From IMG/VR virus record IMGVR_UViG_3300050162_000053, positions 1-24,956 of that record: DNA of 24,956 nt; one strand, written 5' to 3'. Of this stretch, positions 1 to 8,826 are shown piece after piece; position 1 is the first letter of the stretch; each line of letters opens with the position of its first letter. Made by a program: the position numbers and the translations under genes. Source of the stretch: a virus (lineage: Duplodnaviria > Caudoviricetes). The notes under the pieces are model-generated. The model worked only from the letters and a program-made list of their open reading frames with translations, had not been told where the DNA came from and made no database searches.

Positions 1-1
1 C

Positions 2-208
2 ACCGGCTTTGTCGCCATTGGCAGAGGCAGCAGCACCTCAGACATGACGATTGCCGAAATGACGGCGGTCATTGACCTGGCCCATGCATTCGGCGATGGG
101 CGAGGGGTGCGCTGGCGCCGCACAAGCATGGGTCGAGATGTGCCAGAAGAGGTTTGTGCGGTACCGCGCCGCAGTCGGGCAAGGGAAGAGGAAGGGATCC
201 CAGCATGA
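2..208 (+). CDS. ninB: NinB/Orf-family recombination protein, C-terminal part (5' truncated)
   Basis: Manual translation from position 2: TGFVAIGRGSSTSDMTIAEMTAVIDLAHAFGDGRGVRW..., which matches the NinB C-terminal pattern (GFV..G.STS.M...EM...I....AFG...GV.W). The stop TGA at 206-208 overlaps the next ATG (ATGA). Absent from the ORF track. Confidence 0.8.
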   Translation, partial: TGFVAIGRGSSTSDMTIAEMTAVIDLAHAFGDGRGVRWRRTSMGRDVPEEVCAVPRRSRAREEEGIPA

Positions 209-1086
209 ACGCCAACCATCAATCCAATACTTTGCCGGTGCCCACCATGAACCCCACACATCACGTTTGCTGCTATAGCGGTGGCCACACATCGGCCATC
301 GTTGCTATTGAAGTCGTGCGCAAGTACGGCCGCGAGAACGTCACGCTGGTTAACCACGACATAAATTTCACGGTCGAAGACGCCGACATCAAGCGCTTCA
401 AACGTGAAGTGGCCGACTACCTAGGCCTGCCGATCACCTTCGCCAACTACAAGGCCCAGGCCAGCGTGGAAGTCGACCAGTTCGACGTGTGCGTGAAGGC
501 TCAGGCATTCAAGGTCGGCGACGGCTCCGAGCTGTGCACCAGTCGGCTGAAGACCGAGCCCTTCCGCGCCTGGCTGGCCGACAACATGCCCCCAGGCTCG
601 TGCACGGTTTATTACGGATTTGACTCTGGCGAGACGGCGCGTATGCAACGCCGCACGGGTGTCATGGCCAGCATGGGCTACCGTACCGAATACCCGGCTG
701 CCCTGTGGGCTGACCGAACGATCTTGGCGACCGAGGAAATCGGTATTGCTAGGCCCAGCACCTACAGCGTCTTTAAGCACGGTAACTGCATCGGGTGCCT
801 CAAGGCCGGCTGGCAGCACTGGTATGTCGCCTACTGCACCCGAGAGGACATCTGGCTGAAGGCGAAGTGGGCCGAGGAAGAAATCGGCTACGCGATCCAC
901 CATGACGATAGCGGCCCGGTCTACCTGGAGGACATGGAAGAGCGCTTCGCCAAGATGAAAGCGGCCGGCGTGCCATGGACTGAGCGCGTCCCGCAGCAGA
1001 CTTGGTGGGCGCAGGCCCGCAAGATCGTCAAGATTCATGAGGCTGGGCATGCCAATCTACCCTGCGACTGCGCGCACGCGGGCTGA
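205..1086 (+). CDS. Phage PAPS-reductase-like / PP-loop adenine nucleotide alpha-hydrolase family protein
   Basis: PP-loop-like YSGGHTS, CTSRLKTEP, YGFDSGE..R, HGNCIGCLKAG and C-terminal PCDC. Start set at ATG 205 because of the ATGA overlap with ninB. Confidence 0.75.
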   Translation: MNANHQSNTLPVPTMNPTHHVCCYSGGHTSAIVAIEVVRKYGRENVTLVNHDINFTVEDADIKRFKREVADYLGLPITFANYKAQASVEVDQFDVCVKAQAFKVGDGSELCTSRLKTEPFRAWLADNMPPGSCTVYYGFDSGETARMQRRTGVMASMGYRTEYPAALWADRTILATEEIGIARPSTYSVFKHGNCIGCLKAGWQHWYVAYCTREDIWLKAKWAEEEIGYAIHHDDSGPVYLEDMEERFAKMKAAGVPWTERVPQQTWWAQARKIVKIHEAGHANLPCDCAHAG

Positions 1087-1089
1087 GCT

Positions 1090-1383
1090 ATGAACCGACT
1101 CAACCATTTGCTTTGGGTGTTGGCCGAAGAGTGCGCAGAAGTCGCGCAGCGGGCCAGCAAGGCGGCGCGATTTGGCATGGATGAGGTCCAGCCAGGCCAG
1201 CCGCTCACCAACGAAGAGCGGATCTGGCAGGAGATGAACGACCTGGCGGCACTGGGCGAGATGCTCATCGCGCTACGCGGCAGCGGCGGCCTTTCCCGCG
1301 ATGCCATCGAGGCCAAGAAGGAGAAGGTCGAGAAGTTCCTTCTTTACTCCGCAGAGTGCGGGACGCTCAACCCGAGCGCCTGA
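1090..1383 (+). CDS. MazG-like NTP pyrophosphohydrolase
   Basis: EECAEV...QEMNDL fits the EExxE...ExxD all-alpha NTP-PPase motif; 97 aa. Confidence 0.7.
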   Translation: MNRLNHLLWVLAEECAEVAQRASKAARFGMDEVQPGQPLTNEERIWQEMNDLAALGEMLIALRGSGGLSRDAIEAKKEKVEKFLLYSAECGTLNPSA

Positions 1384-1411
1384 TTTTTCCCATGTAAGAA
1401 AACTGCACCCA

Positions 1412-1762
1412 ATGAAGCCAATCGCCCTCATCATGCCCTGGCCCATCATGCGTGAGCTGTCGCCCAACTGGCGCGGCCATTGGTCAGGCAAGGCTCGCGC
1501 AAAGAAGAAGCTCCGCGCCGCATGGGCGGGTGCTGCGCTGGAGCAGGGTGCACGCCGGCTGATGGTTGACGCACTGACCGTGCGACTGGTGTTTGTGCCA
1601 CCCGACAAGCGCGCCCGCGACCTGGACAACCTGCTGGCGAGCTGCAAGGCTGGGCTAGATGGGCTGGCCGATGTGCTGGGTGTGGATGATTCACGCTGGT
1701 CTTTGGCAATCAGCAAGGCGGCAGAGCAGGGCGGGTTTGTCAGGGTCGAGGTGACGGTATGA
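1412..1762 (+). CDS. rusA: RusA-family Holliday junction resolvase
   Basis: LIMPWP...LSPN, PPDKRARDLDNLL..K..LDGLADVLGVDD and C-terminal VRVEV. Start re-set to ATG 1412. Confidence 0.85.
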   Translation: MKPIALIMPWPIMRELSPNWRGHWSGKARAKKKLRAAWAGAALEQGARRLMVDALTVRLVFVPPDKRARDLDNLLASCKAGLDGLADVLGVDDSRWSLAISKAAEQGGFVRVEVTV

Positions 1763-2247
1763 AGCGCGGCGGATTCAAGCCCAAGGCGCCCGCCCGCAGG
1801 CCGGCAAAGCAGATCGACTACACGCCGCGCCCTCGCGTCACTGTGCAGGCTCTGGCGATCTCCGAGCCGCGCGCCATTGTCTCCATGCCAAAAGGCCCAA
1901 AGACTAAGCCCGGCAAGTGCGCGCCGACTGTGGCAGAGAAGGCTTGGATGGACAGCATCACTGAACTCGGCTGCATTGCCTGCCTGATTGATGGCCACCC
2001 TGGCACGCCTGGCGCTGTGCATCACATCCTGTCGGGCGGCCAGCGCATGGGCCACATGCACACGATCTGCCTTTGCCAGCCTGGGCATCACATGGATGGC
2101 GCCCAAGCAGGCAAGGTCAGCCGCCACCCATTCAAGGCGCGTTTTGAAAGCCAGTACGGCAGCGAGTCCGATTTGCTGGATATGACGCAGCAACTCGTCA
2201 ATACCGAAACAGGCCGGGCACGAGAACTCGAAAGGGCCGCAGCATGA
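1759..2247 (+). CDS. Ref-like (recombination enhancement) Zn/HNH-type nuclease
   Basis: LGCIAC...AVHHI..GQRMGH..TICLC..HH...HPFKARFE.QYGSE.DLL pattern; nin-region position. Confidence 0.7.
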   Translation: MKRGGFKPKAPARRPAKQIDYTPRPRVTVQALAISEPRAIVSMPKGPKTKPGKCAPTVAEKAWMDSITELGCIACLIDGHPGTPGAVHHILSGGQRMGHMHTICLCQPGHHMDGAQAGKVSRHPFKARFESQYGSESDLLDMTQQLVNTETGRARELERAAA

Positions 2248-2549
2248 ACACCACATGCACCGCCTGCGCATCCGGCGCCACCTGCATCAAATCCATGACC
2301 CCTGCGCAAATCAACGATCTGCAGGTCGAAATGCTGCATGCTGCCATCAAACCGCCGCCACCCAAAGCGCTTGCTCAGAGAATCGTCGAGTTTTGCGCGG
2401 ATGAAGAGCGCAGCTACTGGGAAATCATGGCTGAGTTCGACGACTGCAAGGGCTTGGTCAAGACGCTGATAGCGGCCGTCTCGGCTCGCGACTTGATACG
2501 GAGACAAGAGCCGAGCGGGACGTATTTCAAGGCAAAGGCCGCCAGATGA
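2244..2549 (+). CDS. hypothetical protein (N-terminal CxxC, possible winged helix)
   Basis: ATGA-coupled on both sides; 101 aa. Confidence 0.6.
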   Translation: MNTTCTACASGATCIKSMTPAQINDLQVEMLHAAIKPPPPKALAQRIVEFCADEERSYWEIMAEFDDCKGLVKTLIAAVSARDLIRRQEPSGTYFKAKAAR

Positions 2550-2803
2550 TGCGCTGTGTGTTCTGCCGCCGCCCGCTTTTCAAAAGCGCCGCACCCGGCC
2601 TGCATGTCGGCCCGAAGTGCGCCAAGGACAGGAACCTATTGCCAGACAAGCCCGCGCGCTCTCGGCGCGTGGAAGACCTTGGGCGGGAGATCGACCCGAG
2701 GCAGGTGGATTGGGTGAATCTATCAAACAGCGCACCCATAGCGATGCAACTTGACTCCGCCAATCTCCGCTCCATAATCCTTGAGCGGCCCAGCCAACAT
2801 TAA
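2546..2803 (+). CDS. DUF6011-like small Zn-finger protein
   Basis: RCVFCRRPL...VGPKCA motif; start coupled to the previous stop. Confidence 0.6.
   Translation: MMRCVFCRRPLFKSAAPGLHVGPKCAKDRNLLPDKPARSRRVEDLGREIDPRQVDWVNLSNSAPIAMQLDSANLRSIILERPSQH
2751..2778 (+). promoter_or_regulatory. putative sigma70 promoter upstream of the Q-like gene
   Basis: TTGACT (2751-2756), 16 nt spacer, CATAAT (2773-2778). Confidence 0.45.
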
Positions 2804-2810
2804 GGACCGC

Positions 2811-3389
2811 ATGAGCACATCAACCGAAGAGCGATATTCGCGCGCCACCCGCACGAGCCACCTTGAGGTGAAGCCTCACGAGGAGGCGCCGGGCGATGCC
2901 GACACGATCATCGCCGCCGGCATGGTCGAGCCGCTGGGGGTGCTGCTAGCTCGATTGAGATCCGAGTGGGACACGATCAGCAAGACGGAGCTCAAGCAGG
3001 CCGCCGACAGTCTGACCGCTCGCGTGCTGGTGCTTATGCAGCTCCGCAGCCTCAAGCCAGCCGCCCAGGCCATGCTGAATTTCTCGCTGTGCCACGCCGA
3101 GGCCAAGGGCGTTGAGTCCGACGCCAAAGCGCTCGGCTCGCTGGTCCAACAGGTCATGGACATATGGCTTGATCGCCTTTGCCATCACTGCGATGGGCGC
3201 GGATTCTCTGGCGGCTTTGCTGGCCCAAAGATCATGTGCACCAAGTGCGGTGGCTCGGGGAGCAGGAGGCAAGGCAAGCTGGGTGCGAACATTTCAGAGC
3301 ATGCATTCGGGCTTTGGCTGCTCAATACGATGGACAACAAATGCGCGGCGTCCATGGGTCAACTGCGCAGGAAGATGAGGCGCGCATGA
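2811..3389 (+). CDS. Q-like late antitermination protein (Zn finger)
   Basis: CHHCDGRG...CTKCGGSG zinc finger as in lambda-Q-type proteins; last gene before the late promoter; AAGGA RBS before ATG 2811. Confidence 0.7.
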   Translation: MSTSTEERYSRATRTSHLEVKPHEEAPGDADTIIAAGMVEPLGVLLARLRSEWDTISKTELKQAADSLTARVLVLMQLRSLKPAAQAMLNFSLCHAEAKGVESDAKALGSLVQQVMDIWLDRLCHHCDGRGFSGGFAGPKIMCTKCGGSGSRRQGKLGANISEHAFGLWLLNTMDNKCAASMGQLRRKMRRA

Positions 3390-3416
3390 TGTTGCAATCT
3401 GATGCAAATTACACGC

Positions 3417-3444
3417 TTGACAACCAAAACGCTCATCGCATAAT
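3417..3444 (+). promoter_or_regulatory. late promoter (pR'-like)
   Basis: Perfect TTGACA (3417-3422), 16 nt spacer, CATAAT (3439-3444), directly after the Q-like gene. Confidence 0.65.
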
Positions 3445-3575
3445 CCGCGCCAAATCAAGGAGAGAGCACCGCCCCGCAAGGGCTTGATCTTTGGGCCAAG
3501 GCCCCACGCCAGCGCTACGCGCTTAAGCCGGCTAGACCGGCAGACGTTAGATGGATCAGCTCGCCACTACTTTTC

Positions 3576-3613
3576 AAGCCCGCCCGGCTCACGCTCGGCG
3601 GGCTTTGTCGTTT
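3576..3613 (+). terminator. tR'-like intrinsic terminator
   Basis: AAGCCCGCC...GGCGGGCTT stem followed by TGTCGTTT, about 130-170 nt downstream of the late promoter. Confidence 0.6.
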
Positions 3614-3626
3614 CAGGAGAATTCAT

Positions 3627-3869
3627 ATGCACTACCGCAACGGCCGCGAGGCCAAGAACGGCGACAAGATCGTCAAACTCGAAGGCGGCAAGGTTGTCTC
3701 CTTCGGTGTCCTGCACAGCGCTGTGCCGGGCAACGACTACTGCAACGGCAACATCGCCGTCGTGCAGCCGGCCAACGACTACGCCTGCATGGTGGACTGC
3801 CTGCACGTCGATGACGTGGCCGAGCTGCTGGACGCGCAGGGCCTGGCCAAGCGCCCCGAGGGCAAGTAA
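3627..3869 (+). CDS. small hypothetical phage protein (first late gene)
   Basis: Strong AGGAG RBS, strongly GC3-biased codons, 80 aa (MHYRNGREAKNGDKIV...). Confidence 0.8.
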   Translation: MHYRNGREAKNGDKIVKLEGGKVVSFGVLHSAVPGNDYCNGNIAVVQPANDYACMVDCLHVDDVAELLDAQGLAKRPEGK

Positions 3870-4188
3870 CCCATCACGGCAGGTCTTGCCGGCGCGAACC
3901 GCGTCGCAGGCTAAGGGATTGAGACAGCCGCCCGCCACCAGTTGCCCTGCGCTACGAACGCCCGACCAAGCCTTGCACGACCGGGGCAGTAACGGGCGCA
4001 GGCATTCATCAAAGACGCGCCGCTCATTCCCCTTTAGCTGACTAGGGGTCCATCCAGGCGCAAATGTGGATGGATGAATCCGGCGCTGCGCTGCCCGGCG
4101 CTCAAGAAAACAGCAGGGCAGCACCGGCAAGGCTCAGCGCCGCGAGGCGTAGACCGATGGGCCTCCTGTCCGCAGGAAGGAGACGGAC

Positions 4189-4743
4189 ATGGGGAGACCC
4201 TCAAAGCTTAATGATCGGCAATGGTCCGAGATTCAGCAGCGCCTTCTCAAAGGCGAGAAGGCTGCAGACTTGGCGCGCGAATATGGAGTTTCAAAGACTC
4301 GCATAAGCGAACGCTTTTCGGAACGTATCGGAACGGTCAAAGCTGTTGCAAATCAATTGGTTGCGGCGGAATCCGCTTTGCGTCAATTGCCTGTTACGGA
4401 ACAGCTCCAGGCCCTCAATCTGGCTGATGAGCTGCGGGCTATCAGCGCGCACCTTGCCGGCGCGGCGAAGTACAGCGCGGCCACATCGCACAGGCTGTCT
4501 GGCATCGCTCACGCGAAGGTGCAGGAGATTGATGATGCCGCGCCGCTGAATGAAGAAAGCCGCGAGGCCCTCAAGGACGTAGCCGTTCTGACCAAGATCG
4601 CCAACGAGGCGGCAACGATCCCGCTGAACCTGCTGAATGCGAACAAGGAGACGGTCAAGGAGCTCAACCAGGCCGCCAAACCAATCCCGCAGAAGGTGAT
4701 GGTCGAAGTGGTGGACGCAAGCGCGCCAGATGCCGAGGCTTAA
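4189..4743 (+). CDS. terS: terminase small subunit (HTH)
   Basis: MGRPSKL... start and HTH (AADLAREYGVSKTRIS); AAGGAG RBS; overlaps the terL start. Confidence 0.75.
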   Translation: MGRPSKLNDRQWSEIQQRLLKGEKAADLAREYGVSKTRISERFSERIGTVKAVANQLVAAESALRQLPVTEQLQALNLADELRAISAHLAGAAKYSAATSHRLSGIAHAKVQEIDDAAPLNEESREALKDVAVLTKIANEAATIPLNLLNANKETVKELNQAAKPIPQKVMVEVVDASAPDAEA

Positions 4744-6004
4744 TCGGCCGCAAGCGCAGTTCCTGGCGCTGGATCGCAAGTACAAGGCGTTTGTCGCCGG
4801 GTTCGGGTCCGGAAAGACTTGGACTGGGTGCGCAGAACTCTGCAAGTTTGCGTGGGAGTGGCCCGGCGTCAATGCCGGATATTTCGCACCGACATATCCG
4901 CTGATTCGAGACATTTTCTTCCCAACCATGGAAGAGGTCGCGGAGGATTGGGGGCTTGAGGTTGAGCTCAATGAGAGCAATAAGGAAGTTCACCTCTACG
5001 CAAACGGGCACTATCGAAACACGGTGATTTGCCGATCGATGGAGAAGCCCGGAAGCATCGTGGGCTTCAAGATCGGCAAGGCGCTTGTCGATGAGCTTGA
5101 TGTGATGGCCATGACAAAGGCTGAGCAGGCCTGGCGCAAGATCATTGCTCGGATGCGCTACAAGGTGGATGGGCTGCGCAACGATGTGAGTGTGACGACA
5201 ACACCCGAGGGCTTCAAGTTCGTCTATCAGCAGTTCGTCAAGCAGTTGCGCGAGAAGCCCCAGCTCAATGAGTTGTACGGGCTGGTGCAGGCGAGCACTT
5301 ATCAAAATGCCAAGTACTTGCCGGATGACTACATTCCGTCATTGCTGGCGAGCTACCCGCCGCAACTGATCCAGGCTTACATTCGCGGCCAGTTCGTCAA
5401 TCTGGCGAGCGGCAATGTGTATCCGGACTTTGATAGGGCACTGAACCACACAAGCGAGTCCATTCGCCAGCATGAGCCGCTGCACATCGGGATGGACTTC
5501 AACGTGATGAACATGAGCGCTGGGGTTAGCGTCGTTCGTGATGGTAAACCGCTCACGCTGGAAGAAGTCACGAAGGTAAGAGACACACCAGCGATGGCGC
5601 TGAAGATAAAAGAGCGCTACCTGGACAAAGGGCACTCGGTCACCATTTATCCAGACGCCAGCGGTCAAAACACCAGCACGAAAAACGCCAGCGAGTCTGA
5701 TCTAAGCATCCTCAAGCAGGCTGGATTCAAGATCGAGGTCAATAACTCGAATCCAGCAGTCAAAGACCGCGTGAACGCAGTAAACGCCATGCTGCTCAAT
5801 GCGGCCGGCGAGCGGCGTTGGAAAATCAATACAGACGCATGCCCAATGACAACAGAGTCACTGGAGCAGCAAGCATGGGCCGCAAGCGGCGACCCAGACA
5901 AAACAACTGGGCATGATCACATGAATGACGCCAACGGCTACTTCATCGTGAGGCGCTGGCCCATCGTGAAACGCACCGCGACCGTTACCCCTCTCCGAAT
6001 GTGA
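4730..6004 (+). CDS. terL: terminase large subunit
   Basis: Walker A VAGFGSGKT, Walker B LVDELD, TTTPEG, nuclease GMDFNV and DH..DA.GY. Confidence 0.95.
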   Translation: MPRLNRPQAQFLALDRKYKAFVAGFGSGKTWTGCAELCKFAWEWPGVNAGYFAPTYPLIRDIFFPTMEEVAEDWGLEVELNESNKEVHLYANGHYRNTVICRSMEKPGSIVGFKIGKALVDELDVMAMTKAEQAWRKIIARMRYKVDGLRNDVSVTTTPEGFKFVYQQFVKQLREKPQLNELYGLVQASTYQNAKYLPDDYIPSLLASYPPQLIQAYIRGQFVNLASGNVYPDFDRALNHTSESIRQHEPLHIGMDFNVMNMSAGVSVVRDGKPLTLEEVTKVRDTPAMALKIKERYLDKGHSVTIYPDASGQNTSTKNASESDLSILKQAGFKIEVNNSNPAVKDRVNAVNAMLLNAAGERRWKINTDACPMTTESLEQQAWAASGDPDKTTGHDHMNDANGYFIVRRWPIVKRTATVTPLRM

Positions 6005-6008
6005 GCCT

Positions 6009-7415
6009 ATGGCAGCAACTGTCGCAACCGTCTCTGATGCAGTCGAAGCCATGGCCCCCGATTGGGAGCTGGCGCGCGCGCTGCTGGGCGGCACACGGGC
6101 CATGCGCGATGCTGGCGAGGTCTATTTGCCAAGGTGGCCGAACGAAGAGCAAGGCGCCTACGATGCTCGTCGCAAAGTGGCTGTGCTGTTCCCGGCCTAT
6201 GCCCGCACGGTGCAGACTCTGGCGGCCAAGCCATTCAGCAAGCCTGTCACCATTGGCGAGGATGTTCCGACTCGGCTGCAGGAGTTCTGCCAAGACATCG
6301 ACATGCAGGGCCGCAATCTTGATGCCTTTGCTGCCGACATCATGGAATGCGCGCTTGGCTACGGTCTTGCTGGGATCTTGGTGGACTATCCGACAAAGCC
6401 CGAGGGTGTTCGCACGCTAGCTGACGAGCGCTCGCTGGGATTGCGCCCCTATGCGGTCCAGATATTCCCTTGGCAGATCCTGGGATGGATAGCGACACGC
6501 AAAAACGGAGAATGGTCACTCCAGCAGCTTCGCTTCATGGAATGCGTCGAAGAGGCCGATGGTCAGTACGGAATCAAGAAGATCGAGCAAGTCCGCGTCC
6601 TGATGCCTGGTGCGTGGGAAACGCACCGGCAGAACGAGAAGAAGGAATGGGTGTTGCACGCGTCTGGCACTACCACGCTTGGCTATGTGCCGTTTGTGCC
6701 GGTCTACGGACAGCGCACAGGATTCATGCAAGCCAAGCCGCCACTGATTGAGGTCGCCAATCTGAATGTGGCGCACTGGCAGAGCGCCAGCGATCAGCAA
6801 ACCATCCTGCACATTGCCCGTGTACCCATCCTGGCCGTGATCGGCGTCGATGATGACAAGTGGACATTGACAGTTGGCGCATCAAGCGCCGTGAAGATCC
6901 CGCTCAACGGAGAAATGAAATGGGTTGAGCACACCGGTAAAGCGGTCGAGGCCGGCGCCAATGACCTGAAGGACTTGGAAGAGCGCATGCGCCAGGCTGG
7001 CGCCGAACTGATGGTGATAGATCAGAAGATCACGGCTACCCAGGTGAGCACTGAGAACGCCGTTGGCATGTGCGCTTTGCAGCGCATCGTTCAGGGCGAG
7101 GAAGATGCACTCGACCAGATGCTGAAGATCTTTGCCGACTGGATTGGCGAACCTGAAGGCGGACACGTGACGCTGTTCAACGACTTCGCGGCATCGACGC
7201 TGAGCGATGCCACCACGCAGATGATCAAGGATTGGGTTGCGGCAGGCTTGTTGTCCAAAGAGACGGCATTCAAAGAGCTGCAGCGGCGTGGCGTGATCGC
7301 GGCGGACATTCTTTGGGAAGACGAGAAGGGCTTGATTGAAGCCGAAGGCCCGCAGCTTGGCCTGATGCAAGATCCTACAAGCCAGGGCGGGGCGGGTGGT
7401 GGCATCGGTCAATGA
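6009..7415 (+). CDS. portal protein (DUF4055 type)
   Basis: 468 aa directly after terL; GGT.AMR.AG..YLP, PPL..ANLN.AHWQ.ASD motifs. Confidence 0.9.
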   Translation: MAATVATVSDAVEAMAPDWELARALLGGTRAMRDAGEVYLPRWPNEEQGAYDARRKVAVLFPAYARTVQTLAAKPFSKPVTIGEDVPTRLQEFCQDIDMQGRNLDAFAADIMECALGYGLAGILVDYPTKPEGVRTLADERSLGLRPYAVQIFPWQILGWIATRKNGEWSLQQLRFMECVEEADGQYGIKKIEQVRVLMPGAWETHRQNEKKEWVLHASGTTTLGYVPFVPVYGQRTGFMQAKPPLIEVANLNVAHWQSASDQQTILHIARVPILAVIGVDDDKWTLTVGASSAVKIPLNGEMKWVEHTGKAVEAGANDLKDLEERMRQAGAELMVIDQKITATQVSTENAVGMCALQRIVQGEEDALDQMLKIFADWIGEPEGGHVTLFNDFAASTLSDATTQMIKDWVAAGLLSKETAFKELQRRGVIAADILWEDEKGLIEAEGPQLGLMQDPTSQGGAGGGIGQ

Positions 7416-8505
7416 GATCCTGCTGGATGAGGCGGTTCATCACGCAGTAGATACGACGGGCTATTCAAATTGGGTGGTTCGCCGCCTGATCGCTTTGCTG
7501 AATCGCGTTGACGCCGATCTGTTCGGCCAGTTGCAATCGCAGCTCCAAGACCTGACGCCGGAGAACTTCAGCGTTCAGCGTCTTGATGGTCTGCTGGTGT
7601 CGGTGCGAAATCTGAACCGCCAGCTCTATGACCAAATAGGCCGAGAGCTGACAGACGATCTGAAATCACTGACGCAGACCGAGCTCACCTATCAGGCCGA
7701 TCTTTTCAAGGCTGTGCTGCCGGTGCAGATCAACGTCGCATCAGTGAACGTGGAACAGGTTTACGCGGCAGCGATGGCAAGACCCATGCAGGGCCGCTTG
7801 CTGAGTGAGTGGGTTTCGGGGCTTGAGGCCAATCGTGCGGCGAGAATCAGAGACACCCTGCGTATGGGCTACGTGGAGAACAAGACCACCGCCCAGATCG
7901 TGAGAGAGATTCGCGGAACGCGCGCCAAGGGCTATAGCGACGGCATCATTGAGATTGATCGGCGGCATGCAGAGTCGCTGGTTCAGACGGCCATCAGTCA
8001 TACGGCTGGCGTAGCGCGAGACAACATGCTCGCGGCAAATGCCGATCTGGTCAAAGCTGTGGCGTGGCATTCGACACTAGACAACAAGACCTCGCAGCCT
8101 TGCCGCATTCGGGACGGGCTGCAATACACGCTGGACACGCACAAGCCGATTGGACACAAGATCCCGTGGCTTGGTGGGCCTGGGCGCTTGCACTGGCGCT
8201 GCCGGTCCACCAGCAGCCCAGTGGTGAAGAGTTGGCAAGAGCTGACGGGCGTTAATCTGAGTTCGTTCACGCCTGAGCAGCGCGCCAGCATGGATGGCGC
8301 AGTACCTGCTGACCTGACCTATGGTGATTGGCTCAAGAAGCAGAGCGCGCAGCGGCAGGATGAGATTCTCGGCCCGGCGCGCGGCAAGCTGCTGCGAGAT
8401 GGCGGGCTTGAAGTGGCGCAGTTTTCGAACGACAAAGGAAAGTTCCTGACGCTGGAGCAGCTTCGTGATCGCAATACTTCGGCATTTCGCCGCGCCAGCC
8501 TATGA
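7396..8505 (+). CDS. minor head morphogenesis protein (SPP1 gp7/Mu F family)
   Basis: WHSTLDNKTS..C..RDG...HWRCRS motif; follows the portal gene. Confidence 0.9.
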   Translation: MVASVNEILLDEAVHHAVDTTGYSNWVVRRLIALLNRVDADLFGQLQSQLQDLTPENFSVQRLDGLLVSVRNLNRQLYDQIGRELTDDLKSLTQTELTYQADLFKAVLPVQINVASVNVEQVYAAAMARPMQGRLLSEWVSGLEANRAARIRDTLRMGYVENKTTAQIVREIRGTRAKGYSDGIIEIDRRHAESLVQTAISHTAGVARDNMLAANADLVKAVAWHSTLDNKTSQPCRIRDGLQYTLDTHKPIGHKIPWLGGPGRLHWRCRSTSSPVVKSWQELTGVNLSSFTPEQRASMDGAVPADLTYGDWLKKQSAQRQDEILGPARGKLLRDGGLEVAQFSNDKGKFLTLEQLRDRNTSAFRRASL

Positions 8506-8512
8506 TTGACGG

Positions 8513-8758
8513 GTGACACTCACCATCGTACCGATCCAACCCGCGCCGAAACCGGACAAGAAGCAGCAGATGCTCGACCGACTCGCTGCTTTGGCGCCGC
8601 CTGAGTTGCTCAAGTGCCACCGCTGCGGGTCGATGGAATTTATTGAAACCCGCGTAGGCGTCGAGCGAGCCGGAAAAGGCAAGCCCAAGGGCGGCAAGAA
8701 AACGCTGATCTGCATGCACTGCATGGTTCTCAGGCAAGAGCGGGTGGAGATCCGCTAG
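8513..8758 (+). CDS. small Zn-ribbon hypothetical protein
   Basis: CHRC...CMHC pairs; 81 aa; GTG start. Confidence 0.65.
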   Translation: MTLTIVPIQPAPKPDKKQQMLDRLAALAPPELLKCHRCGSMEFIETRVGVERAGKGKPKGGKKTLICMHCMVLRQERVEIR

Positions 8759-8780
8759 CGTCCCTGGAACTCACAAACAC

Positions 8781-8809
8781 AGGCCGCCCAGGCAACCGGG
8801 TGGCCTTTT
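8781..8809 (+). terminator. hairpin / intrinsic terminator
   Basis: AGGCCGCCC-loop-GGGTGGCCT followed by TTT. Confidence 0.55.
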
Positions 8810-8826
8810 GCATTTCTGGGCCAGAT

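Noticed and set aside
3484-4306. ORFs 3484-4041, 3567-4130 and 4064-4306 as genes; possible tRNA in 3870-4188
   Set aside because: No RBS or protein-like composition, and no cloverleaf with a TTCGA T-loop was found by eye.
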